Shown here: positions 23,606 to 34,479 of the stretch, in pieces
Numbering within the stretch: the stretch's first letter is position 1
Layout of the letters: each line of letters begins with the position of its first letter
DNA from: Octopus bimaculoides
Taxonomy: Eukaryota
Assembly: GCF_001194135.2 (NCBI RefSeq)
Contig: NC_068995.1
Coordinates: 27,328,919-27,368,402, forward strand
Length of the DNA stretch: 39,484 nucleotides
Direction: 5' to 3'
The notes under the pieces: model-generated
The model's database searches: none
Told to the model about the DNA's origin: nothing
Seen by the model: the letters and a program-made list of their open reading frames with translations, nothing else
Position numbers and translations under genes: made by a program

Positions 23606-24478
23606 CATTGTTTAACATCTGTTTTCCATGCTGGCATGGGTTGGATGGTTCAACTGGGGTTTCGGAAACCAGGAGGCTGCACCAGGCTCCAGTCTGATCT
23701 GGCAGTGTTTCTACAGCTGGATGCCCTTCCTAACGCCAACCACGCCAAGATCGTAGTGGGTGCTTTTTACGTGCCACCAACACAGGGGCCAGTGGGGGCT
23801 GGCAACGACCATGATCAGTTGGTGCTTTTTGTGTGCCATCAGCATGGGGATCACAACTACAATTTCCATTTGATTTTAGTTTTGATGTACTTGACTCAAT
23901 AGGTCCCCTCAAACATGGCATGTCGCTCTACAATCCAAGGTACTTTTAAATGGGCTGGTTATGCGACACTGGTGTAGGTTACAGCTGTGAACTCACTTTA
24001 TTTGCCGGATCTTCTCAGTCACAGCATATCTCCAGAGGTCTCGGTTTTTGTCATTGTCTTTGTGAGGCCCAATGTTCGAAGGTCATGCTTCACCACCTCA
24101 TCCCATGTCTTCCTGGGTCTACATCTATCCCAGATTCCTTCCACTGTTTGGGAGTGGCACTTCTTCACACAGCTCTCCTCATCCATCCATAGTACATGAC
24201 CATACCAATGCAAACGTCCCTCTTGCATGCCATATCTCATGCTTCTTATGTCCAACATTTCTCTCAGAGTGCACACTGACATTACACATCCAGTGGATCA
24301 TGCTGGCTTCATTTCTTTTGAGCCTACACATGTCTTCAGCAGTCACAGCCCATGTTTCACTACCATGAGGCACGGCAGTTCGCACACATGCATCATACAA
24401 TCTACCTTTCACTCTGAGCGAGAGGTCCTTTGTCACCAATAGGGGTAGGAGCTTTCTGAACTTTGCCCAGGCTATATA
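23606..24478 (-). mobile_element. RTE LINE family B 3' end (end of ORF and tail)
   Basis: WAKFRKLLPLL, KGRLYDACVRTAVPHGSETW, LHWYGHVL, RPRKTW; tail with aggaagggcatcc and ccatgccagcatgg. Confidence 0.9.
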
Positions 24479-24479
24479 T

Positions 24480-24708
24480 NNNNNNNNNNNNNNNNNNNNN
24501 NNNNNNNNNNNNNNNNNNNNNNNNNNNNNNNNNNNNNNNNNNNNNNNNNNNNNNNNNNNNNNNNNNNNNNNNNNNNNNNNNNNNNNNNNNNNNNNNNNNN
24601 NNNNNNNNNNNNNNNNNNNNNNNNNNNNNNNNNNNNNNNNNNNNNNNNNNNNNNNNNNNNNNNNNNNNNNNNNNNNNNNNNNNNNNNNNNNNNNNNNNNN
24701 NNNNNNNN
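24480..24708. other. Assembly gap (N)
   Basis: N run; a 10-nt gap is also present at 22348-22357. Confidence 0.99.
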
Positions 24709-24780
24709 CACACACACACACACACACACACTCATATGTCTAATTTTTGTTACCAGTGAATGTATTTCACTGAAATAGTA

Positions 24781-24919
24781 TATCCTTACGAGAGTGAGAC
24801 AGGCTTCTTCATCTAGCCAGTCATGCTACTTCAGGCTGATAACGAGCAAAGACTCAGAAACATGTCCCTGAATGCAGGCTAGGCTGGGTGGAGGAGTTTG
24901 TCTCCCCCTCGTAAGGATA
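24781..24919 (+). ncRNA. Rod-like hairpin capped by a degenerate type I hammerhead ribozyme motif
   Basis: UUCAGG-CUGAUAA-CGAG CAAAGA CUCA-GAAA-CAUGU-C-CCUGAA at 24830-24872; arms 24781-24818 and 24882-24919 pair at 36 of 38 positions (30 Watson-Crick, 6 G-U). Confidence 0.65.
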
Positions 24920-25339
24920 AGGGCACAGGAAATGTGTCAAGGCCTAATAGGAAGCAGTCTGGCTTCCTACGGCTAAACAGCAGTAGTATATTCACTTATT
25001 GGGACTGTCACGTTAAGTTGGCAGTATACAACTACTTTATCGCATCACTACTGCGAAAGTCTCTCTGAGAGATTTAGAAATTTATTATTTCTAATATATA
25101 TATATATATACATATAGATATATAGTTTGTCAACAGAAGAGAAGTGATGTATGTGTATTTGAGAGTATCTTGAGGCATAACTATACATATTCATCTATGA
25201 TGTTTATATGAATACAGATATGATTATGTACATGTATTTCTGCAGATACACAGGCTCTTGTATATATAAGTTCATGTATATTAGATGATAAAGTTATTCA
25301 AAGTGATGAACCCAATACTCATCCTGGGTTAGGAAATGT

Positions 25340-25930
25340 TCAAGGAAACCACCTGAAACTGCCTCAAACAATGTCAGATTTTCCTCATGATATGATCAGC
25401 TTGGTGTGAGTTTGATCGGGTGTCAGAAAGACATTGTACCCATGGAGCAGAAATCTTTGTCATGTCAAATTCATTGTGCAGAATAATCTCAACTAAGGAT
25501 ATGCTAATAGCATTGGCGATTTGATTTGTAGGCAATTGCCTGTCATCCATCACCATCTGGTGAGCACAATGTTTTTCTTGGTGGTGACAGTTGCAGGACT
25601 TTCCCTTCCCCTCCTAAATTCAACTTCTGTACTGTTGATAAAGCTGGAGTATCATCCCTTAATGTAGCAACTATGTCAACACGAATGTTCTTGGGGGCTA
25701 AACCCTTTTTCTGCAGGTACTTGATAACACCATAATGCTCAATTTTGTCCATTTTCAAGAGAAGTCACTGACAGTTTTGAAGTCTTCTTTGAACAGTCAG
25801 ATGTCAGTTTACCTGGAAAGAATCAATGCAGTTATTAATAAGAAAAGTTGAAATTAATGCATGCAAGGTTTCACAGCACTAGCGTCACTCATTTCTAGTC
25901 GTGCTATGAACGTTTCAGCCCACCCTCATA
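25340..25930 (-). mobile_element. Mariner transposon 5' part (TIR and N-terminal HTH region)
   Basis: TIR ta|tgagggtgggctgaaacgttc; MDKIEHYGVIKYLQKKGLAPKNI..PALSTVQK..IILHNEFDMTKISAPWV. Confidence 0.85.
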
Positions 25931-26544
25931 CTTCAACCATGACCCATGATTGGCTGTTTATGTATTTTTAACTACTCCTATTTGTTTTATACAAAATTAT
26001 TTTTTCTCTTATTATAAGCAGAAATGATTTTGTTACCTGGTAGTCATGTACTTGACAATAAGAGAGTGTCATTATATTATGATGTAATATACATATAATT
26101 GATGGATACCTTACACATGTCACACTGAACTGTGATAGTCCATTCTTGTTATCTTGTTACATACACATTATATAACTAATATATCTACACACACATGATA
26201 CATTATATAGGTTAATCACACTGGTACACACACAAACTTTGCCCTACTCCAGCCTGCTAGCCTTAACTTAAAATGACCTTTACTTGAAGATTGCTTTGTA
26301 TTAGGAATATTTTACATGCATTTCTATTATATACTGTACTTTGTAATACATTTATTTTACCATTTTATGCATTACTATGTTTTTCACCAATACACTTTAC
26401 TTTTTTCTTTCTTAAATTTGCTTGCCATTATTGTTTTTTTACATTACAACACAGAGATTATAATGTAATAATCTATAATACAAAATACACTAGTACAGTT
26501 AAAGAAGGAAAAATTTTTTAAAAAACCCAAAACAAGAGAATTGT

Positions 26545-28090
26545 TTATCAAACATTATTAATAAAAGCAATTGTAGCACTTCTTTTCTGGCTTGCTGAGC
26601 AAGTAGGAAAGGACAGAGCCTATGACCATTACAGAACCTCTGAGACTGGTGAGAGTGATGCCATTAATGCTCTGCTTGAATTGTTGTAGGCCAGTAGCTG
26701 CAGGAAAGACATAGGCAGGGAGAAGGTTCCAGAGGGCCAATCTTCAGGAGATGAAGGATTGGGCATAATGTTTAATGAGGGGAAAGGAATATTGGATGAC
26801 CAAGTGTGATGAGAGATGAACAGATGAATGGTGGAAGTATGTAACCAGCCAGATATGAAGAGCAGAGGCCACTACAGTAGTGATAGAAGAGACAGAGAGA
26901 GGAGTGAGCATGCCTGTGGGCTAGAGGCTGGAGTGTGTCTATTAGAGACAGATTGCCAATCAGCCAAGTGATCCTTCTCTGGATGCAATCCAGAATGTTA
27001 GTGTATCGTCCCAGATGTAGGAGGAGTACTCTATTATGGGCTTCACATGAGCCTTGTAGAATGACAACTTTTGGAGGCTGAAATGTCTTCCTGCCCTATA
27101 GAGGACTAGTTTTTGTGATGTAGCCCTAAATATGCTAAGGGTGTACTTTAGCCAGGAGAGACCATCAGTAATATGTAGTCCCAGCATTTTGAGCAACTGT
27201 GAGAGCTCTGGCTGCCACTAATGGGTAGAGGAGCATGGTGCAGTGGTGTTTCCTTGATATGAGTAGCATTTGAAAAATTTTATTGTTAAAGAGACAAGGT
27301 TGGTATAGCCCCGCTGGAGGATGGTTTCAAGGTTTTCATTTATGGTATCAATGAAGGTTTGGCATATAGTGCCTAAGTACTGTGTGGATGATGCATGGTT
27401 AGACACAGTTAGAGAAGAATGAAGTATTATGTTATTAGTAAAAGAACAAGTGTTGTATGGAGTAATAAACAGGTGGTTAATTATAAAAAGAAGAGAGTGA
27501 GGGACAGAACTGAAACGTGGAGAACATCAGAGTGGATTTAGAAAGAAGTAGAAAGAGCTCCATCAATAAGTCACAATTTGATAGAACGCTACCAATCTAA
27601 GAGATGAGAAATGGGTGGATTCCATAGGCAGAAAGTTTTGATAGAAGATTTGCATGTCAGACATAGCTGAAGAGTTTGCTGATGTCTAGAGTAACAAAAT
27701 TACTTCTACCAATCTTCTCTAAAATGAGAGTGTACTGGTGACATAAATTCATCAATGGATACGATTTTGTAGAAGCCATACTGGTGTCCACTGAGAAAAG
27801 AAAACGTCAGAGTGATGAAGAACATCATTGTTAATGGTAGTCACCATTACTTTGTTGATATTAGAGGTGAAAGTAATGGGACAATAGCTGGCTGGATTAG
27901 AGTGGTTAACTTCCACTGGAATGGGTTATGCTGACATAATCTTTCAAACAGCAGGATATATACCTATAGTGAGTTTAGGAGCAAGCTCTGGATGCATTAA
28001 GTGCAATGGAAGGGGCATTATTAGAGCCAGTGGCCTTATTTGTTTCAAGTATCTCTTATTCATTGTAATTCTTAACTGCCATACAGCATT
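26545..28090 (-). mobile_element. CR1/L2-like LINE 3' part (RT through C-terminus), decayed
   Basis: SNPASYCPITFTSNINKVM, YLGTIC..ADDT-like segment, LKMLGLHITDGLSW, YKAHVKPIIEYSSYIW, LWNLLPAYVFP. Confidence 0.8.
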
Positions 28091-28164
28091 ATATCCCTAA
28101 CGCAGAAATCAGTCTATAATGGAACAGAAATGTGAGTGTGTATGAATAACAAAAGCAAGTTTTC

Positions 28165-28438
28165 NNNNNNNNNNNNNNNNNNNNNNNNNNNNNNNNNNNN
28201 NNNNNNNNNNNNNNNNNNNNNNNNNNNNNNNNNNNNNNNNNNNNNNNNNNNNNNNNNNNNNNNNNNNNNNNNNNNNNNNNNNNNNNNNNNNNNNNNNNNN
28301 NNNNNNNNNNNNNNNNNNNNNNNNNNNNNNNNNNNNNNNNNNNNNNNNNNNNNNNNNNNNNNNNNNNNNNNNNNNNNNNNNNNNNNNNNNNNNNNNNNNN
28401 NNNNNNNNNNNNNNNNNNNNNNNNNNNNNNNNNNNNNN
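28165..28438. other. Assembly gap (N)
   Basis: N run. Confidence 0.99.
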
Positions 28439-28490
28439 ATATAAGATATTTATGGTTTAAGTAAAATATTTGACATAGAAATATACACAC

Positions 28491-28599
28491 CTTAAACCTA
28501 ATCTTGTAAGTGATCGTAAATTACCAATAGAAGAAGGTATGTCTAGTAATTCATTATGTTGGAGGTCTAGGGAATTCAGCATAACACAATTACCAATTT
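28491..28599 (-). CDS. SHOC2: SHOC2/Sur-8 internal exon (109 nt, phase 1 to 2)
   Basis: ttttatctag|AA ATT GGT..TTA AG|gtgtgt gives (E)[35 protein letters not shown](R), matching recalled SHOC2 [37 protein letters not shown]. Confidence 0.95.
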
Positions 28600-29317
28600 C
28601 TAGATAAAATAAATAAATAAATAATTATGATATATACATAAATATGAAAAACAAAATTTAAAATGCTGTTTTGTACATAAATGAATAAATGCATGTATTG
28701 AAGATTTAATGAATGAATGGATAACTATTCTAATTTTAAATAATTTTCATTTAGTTAATAAACAATGATAAATATAACAACTCAGTCTGCATGAATTTCC
28801 AATCCATATTGTATGTTAAATTACAATTTTCATTACATTATTTAAATCATTTCATCTATTTTTCAACTTTTCAAACAATGCATTTATGAGGAAATAATCT
28901 TCAGATTAGTTTATGGAAGCTACATAAAGCATAAGAGAATGAAAGAACAGCTTAAAGGCTAAAGTTCAGGTTCACTGAGAAAAACTGTAGACTATAAAAT
29001 ATTTCCTGCCACTATATATTGTAATATGTACAATACACCTGATGTATATTTATGCTTGAATGACTTCTACATCAGATATTGACAATGACTAAAAGGTTTG
29101 AATGAAGCAAATAATAAATATAAAATAAATGCAAAATTTAAGAAATCAGCTTCTCATTCCTAATTTGTACATTACTGTCAGTGGTGGGGTGTGAAAATGA
29201 GAGGGATGAACTAGATTGAATAACATAAAGCTAAACAGGTATCAGAGAAAAGTCAAAACTATATGACAAAAAAAGAATTATCAAAAGATTGAAATAGATG
29301 CCATTTTTGCAGCATGG

Positions 29318-29319
<2 letters not shown>

Positions 29320-29370
<51 letters not shown>
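29320..29370. repeat. (TA)n microsatellite
   Basis: Direct reading; similar tracts at about 19495-19535, 21725-21775 and 22265-22405. Confidence 0.95.
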
Positions 29371-29372
<2 letters not shown>

Positions 29373-29399
29373 AATGTTAGATCACGAATCATTAAATTT

Positions 29400-29920
29400 T
29401 GAAAATAGCTAAGAACGATTAGAAATTATTGAAGAGGTAGTGATCTTCCTCTATCCAAAACGTTTTTTCAACTCAATATTTACATACTATTATGTATAGC
29501 TTTATATGTGCTTTGAGATCCAGTTCCAAAAGAGAATTAAATCTTCTCTTGAAAGCTTATAAATTCTTATGATGTCAAGAAATATATTTGTCTTTAATGA
29601 ATTTCAAAATTTTGTATTGGATAGTCATTCTAGTTTTGTTGATTTCATATGAGTCTTCCTTCTTATTTTATAATTTAATTCCTTTAACTGTGAATTTATC
29701 TTTCTGACAGAGATAAAGAGAAATGTTATTTTTTATATATTAATATTTGAACCTATTCATTAGAGGTAACTGTTCATAACACTTGCATTCCTTTTGGCAT
29801 CAGCAAATAAGTGTTTCTTTAACTTCACATGTTTCTCTAAAGCATGAGTTCATACTCTTTGATTCATATAATTGAACACTTTACACATCACATCCCATCC
29901 ACTTTCTATATTTCTAAATT
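29400..29920 (-). mobile_element. Possible L1/Tx1-like LINE C-terminal remnant
   Basis: Frameshifted C..CEVKETL/HLFADC zinc-knuckle-like segment; weak, judged by eye. Confidence 0.3.
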
Positions 29921-30442
29921 TTTAGTGTGATAAACTAATATAATCTAAACCTTTAAGTACACTTTATTTATTTCACAAATAAAGCCATGGTTCCAGTAAA
30001 ATATTCCTGAAGATCATCCTATTTCTTAATCTCAAAGCTATTAAATATTATTAAAATAAATTCAGAATCCCTTCTTGTAATTTTCTTTTTTATCATCTGT
30101 ACTTTATTGCTTGCTAAACTCTTGAAAGCTGATAAAATATCAACATTTATAACTAATTAAAATCATCAATTCCTAGCAAAAAAAAAAAAAATAGAATGTT
30201 CCACTTTTGAATAAATGTAATACATCTCACTAACCAATTATATTTAAAATAATATTCAGGACAGCAATTATCAATATTCTTTCTCCCTGCCAACATTGGA
30301 AAGCCTTAGAAAATTTAGACAACTGCATACTGATAGAATGTTTCTTTTTTTTTTTTCTACTGTACAACTGAACTCAAAATCTAGCACCATAATCTGAAAA
30401 CCACTAGATTTATATATGTAAACAAGTAAAATAATAACTTAC

Positions 30443-30563
30443 CTTCAGGAAGATGTTCAAGATGATTATGTGAAATATCAAAAGTAACAAGGTTTACAAG
30501 ATTTCCCACACCTTTCGGAAGTTCCTTGATTTTATTTTCTCTTAAACTAAACATGGCTAAATT
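30443..30563 (-). CDS. SHOC2: SHOC2/Sur-8 internal exon (121 nt, phase 0 to 1)
   Basis: gtttcattttag|AAT TTA..GAA G|gtaagt gives [40 protein letters not shown], matching recalled SHOC2 [40 protein letters not shown]. Confidence 0.95.
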
Positions 30564-30799
30564 CTAAAATGAAACAAATACCTAACAATTAAATATCAAA
30601 AATACATGTATAATGTAAATTTTTGTTTTAAATTAATAAGATATTTAATAAAAAAAAATGTCAATACATATACTTGCAACTATTTTGCCATGCATTCATT
30701 TCACACAGTTAAAATTTTCAGTTATCCAGTCAATGAATTTACACATCCAAATCGAAATGAACCAAACCTAACAACTACACTGATAAAATATCAAAGCGT

Positions 30800-30885
30800 A
30801 AAAATGCTTGTTCGACTAAAGGCGGTGCTCCAGCATTGCCACAGTCAAATGACTGAAACAAATAAAAGAGTAAAAAAAAAAAGAG
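30800..30885 (+). mobile_element. SINE 3' tail fragment
   Basis: ttcgactaaaggcggtgctccagcattgccacagtcaaatgactgaaacaaataaaaga; same family as 3770-4030. Confidence 0.8.
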
Positions 30886-32139
30886 TAGTACCATGATTGT
30901 TTAGACAATGAAGACACTACTAATAAAATGCAAACATAAACTATTCAAAATCCTTTTACTTAACATGGAAAGAGCTTCATAAGGCACATCTAGACTTAAA
31001 ATAGATAACCAAAGAATAACTTTATACAAAAACAATTATTCAAACCTAAAGGGATATTACAAAACTCATGCATTTAATTTTTTTCTTTTTTCATAAATTG
31101 GGACAGGAATAGTTATGGCATAGTACAGGTACATCCCCAATTTTCCATATTGTTGGTTCTAAAGCTTTGACAGATTAATTGTTTTGCCAGATCATCCATG
31201 GTCACATAATAATTAATCTATACACTTCTATCCAACTTATAGACTAATTACTAATCATACTACACAGCTTATGTACTGAAACACCACTGACTATTTTTTT
31301 TAACAGTTCTACTTTAACCTGGATTGATATGGAATGGTGTTTATGTTTGACACTACCACTGACAATCTCAGTTTTCTTACCTGCAGTAGCCATAGCTAAG
31401 GGTAACTTTAAGTTAAATAAGCTGAGAATCTCTGAGTGTTACTACTAACAATTGCAATGTAAATAATACATGTGTAAATATGGTACATACAATGGAGTGA
31501 ACTAGACTGGCAGTCACAGGAATTTCAAGTTATCCCTTGTAATTATCCAAATTAAAGGTGCTGGACCATCAGCTACAGGAAAATCAATGGTTTATCTGTA
31601 TCAAGAACAGAACTACAAAAATATATTTTCCAAACACTACATCTCATTTTACACTTCTTTCCTTCTTTGTTATTTCCCAATAAGTATCTATAAAAAATAT
31701 AGTGGCTTGTACTGCAAAAAGACATTTCATTTAGGAGGGCATCACTTCAGAATTAAAGAAATATATTTAAAATCTCAAAATTAGTAGTATTGCAGCTATG
31801 AGAAACAAACCCAACCAGCTCATTGTCATCATCATCATTGTTCCCATTTAACATCCTTCATGGAGTAGGAACAGATGAACAGGAATAGGTGTTTTGCAGT
31901 AGTGGAGATATGAGGCTACCACAGTTCAAAAGAGGGGAGAGAAAGAAGATGAAAATTGATGGGGAGTGGGTAGAGGCAGACTCAAGTTACAGAATAGGGT
32001 GAGTGGGTGGATAAGTTTGTGAGACTGCAAAAGGAGAATGGGAGATAGAGGAGAGGAAATATAATGAGTGGACACAAGTAGAGGGAGAGGGTGTTAGGAG
32101 GATATGTTGTGAGGAAGATTTGACAAGGACTTTGTCATG

Positions 32140-32857
32140 GACAGCAACAGAGAGCCAATGTAAAATTTTGCATCAAACTTGTGAAGTCTTCTACAGAGAA
32201 ATTGAGCATGCTTTGGCAAGTTTATGGTGATGAGGTAATGAGTCTAACACAATGTTTTGAGTGGCATGGGTGCTTCAAAAGTGGAAGAACATCGACAGGA
32301 AGAGGATGAGCGATCTAGGAGACCTGCCATGAGTGTCACACTGTGAAATGGATTGAGCATCGAGAATTCATCCCCCAAGGTTAGACCATCAATCGAGAGT
32401 TCTCCTGTGACATTTTGAAGCATGTGAGGGAAGACATTTGGCAAAAGCAACTGGATCTGTGGCACATGAAGAATTGGATTTTTCACAATGACAATGCACC
32501 TTGTCACTGAGCTCTCCTCACTTGAGAGTTTCTCACCAAAAGCAACATGGTATCACTTGTACACATGCCCCATTTGCCAGATTTAGCACCTGTGAACTTC
32601 CATCTCTTCCCCAAAATGCAGCTCAAAGGTCACTGTTTTAACACTGTTGTTGAGATCCAGAGCAAATCACAAAAGGTCCTTGACTCGCTTACAGAAAACA
32701 ACTTCGAGACTGGATTCCAAAAGTGGCAGGAATGCCAGCACCAGTGTACTGTTGTGCAAGGTGATTATTTTGAAGGAGATGATGTTAAAACTTAGGTAAT
32801 TAAGTTATTTTTTATTAAAGATAACTAGTCTGGGAACCTTTTGATACCACCTCATAT
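32140..32857 (+). mobile_element. Internally deleted mariner transposon with 3' TIR
   Basis: QRANVKFCIKL, QCFEWH..EDERSRRP, FHNDNAPCH, PHLPDLAPVNFHLFPK, GDYFEG*; TIR cttttgataccacctca|ta. Confidence 0.88.
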
Positions 32858-33079
32858 ACGGAATCAAACCAGATGGACTTACTCTTTTTTTTTTTTTTCC
32901 CTTTCTCTTCCTAATGCCTGTGTCTGTTTGTTTTCTTTCTTTCACTCCAACCTTCCTATGTATGTCAATATTTCTTTTTCATGCTGTGTTGTCTTCTAAG
33001 AGAAACTTAAACTATATCCATGGTAATACAATTTTTGAATTCCAAGTGTTATGCTCTGTTATTGACAAATTCAAATTAT

Positions 33080-33489
33080 GAATCTTTGTAGTTTTCATCA
33101 CTGTTTACAATTTTGTTCCAATTGTTTTCAAATTTGGCATATAGACTAAGTTTTGTATACTAATTATCAAAATGAAATTCATTTTTTCAATAAATCCATA
33201 ACTAAAAAGTTATTAGCCTTTAAAATTTGCAAAATTTGGATATTTTAGCCAATCAGAAGCAAGTATTTTACACATCACCGTGGTGAAAAACTCTGTTTTC
33301 ATAGTAACCAAAGATACTGCACATGTGCACAAGGAGGAGAAGGGGATACGAGAAAGATAATCTTCTACTATAATAATACACTTGTGTTTTTCTCTGTCAC
33401 AACATATGAATGAGAAAGGAAGGAGTGATGGCAAACTGGTAGTAGGAGCATTTCAACTCGGTGTGAGTATATATGTATGTAAAAGGGAG

Positions 33490-33520
<31 letters not shown>

Positions 33521-33971
33521 CGTGCGTGCGTGTGTGTGTGTGCTCCAGGCTTTCGTTTTTAAATTTTTTTTATGGAATAGTTGTTTGTCTTAATGTTTTG
33601 ATTGTTATTTCTAGCAACACTTGTTGGTATGTTTGTTCATAGCTTTTAACTATTTTATTTGCTCATGAACGTTCTAATGTTAACTTCATTTGTGTATATT
33701 TTAATGTGTTGATTGTTATTTCTATCAATGTTTTGACATGCTGACGTCCACCCCCACTGATGATGGAAAAGGCAGCAAACGCGCTGTTTTCAGATTGGCT
33801 GAAAATTCTGAAAATTATCAAACATTGAACACCTGTAACATTTTTGAAAAATTTTTCTGGAATAAAAGAATAACAAATTTGGATTCAGTATCAAAAATTA
33901 CATCTCGTGTGATGCATTAAAAAAAAAATTTTAAAGATAATTGTAAACAGTGACGAAAACCACAAAGATCC
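33080..33971. repeat. Diverged inverted-repeat (foldback) element around a (TG)n core
   Basis: 33080-33112 versus the reverse complement of 33939-33971 (30 of 33 identical); a second agccaatc-containing pair at about 33231-33260 and 33786-33816 with matching spacing. Confidence 0.6.
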
Positions 33972-34479
33972 CAAGTTATCCATAGTTTGATCATTTTAGT
34001 TTAGAAAATCGTGTTTTCTTTTTATTCTTCGTTCTAGATTGTGTCATAAAAGCAAACAAAAACCTTCTGTTTTGGTCTGCATTTTATTGTTATAAAATGC
34101 ACATATAAGTGTGTTTATGTTAGCATGAATCTATTTGCATATATGTATATACCTATGTTATATATGTTGATATATATATATATATTCTTAAATTTTGGGG
34201 ATAGACCTGATGGTGTACCATTTAAAGCACATTCATTGTATTCATCTACCAGCTGTCATCAACAGCATGGATATAAGTGCCACTAGCTTTACTTCAGAAA
34301 TTCCTTCATGTCTGTCAAGTTTATAACATATGAGAGAAAGAGAGAATGGAATTAACAAGAATCTTTATCAATTACTACAATCATTTTGACTTATCGTCCA
34401 TGAGTCCTTGATGGGTGAGATTCTGTACCATGCTCTCTCCTGATGCCACTAGATACAGACAAATACCAAAATATATTCT

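Noticed and set aside
31378-31440. Strong minus-strand donor (cag|gtaaga)
   Set aside because: The only open frame (ILSLFNLKLPLAMATA) has no SHOC2 or LRR similarity and there is no clear acceptor.
33757-33790. CTGATGA...CAAAC motif
   Set aside because: No GAAA and no helix II or helix I pairing.
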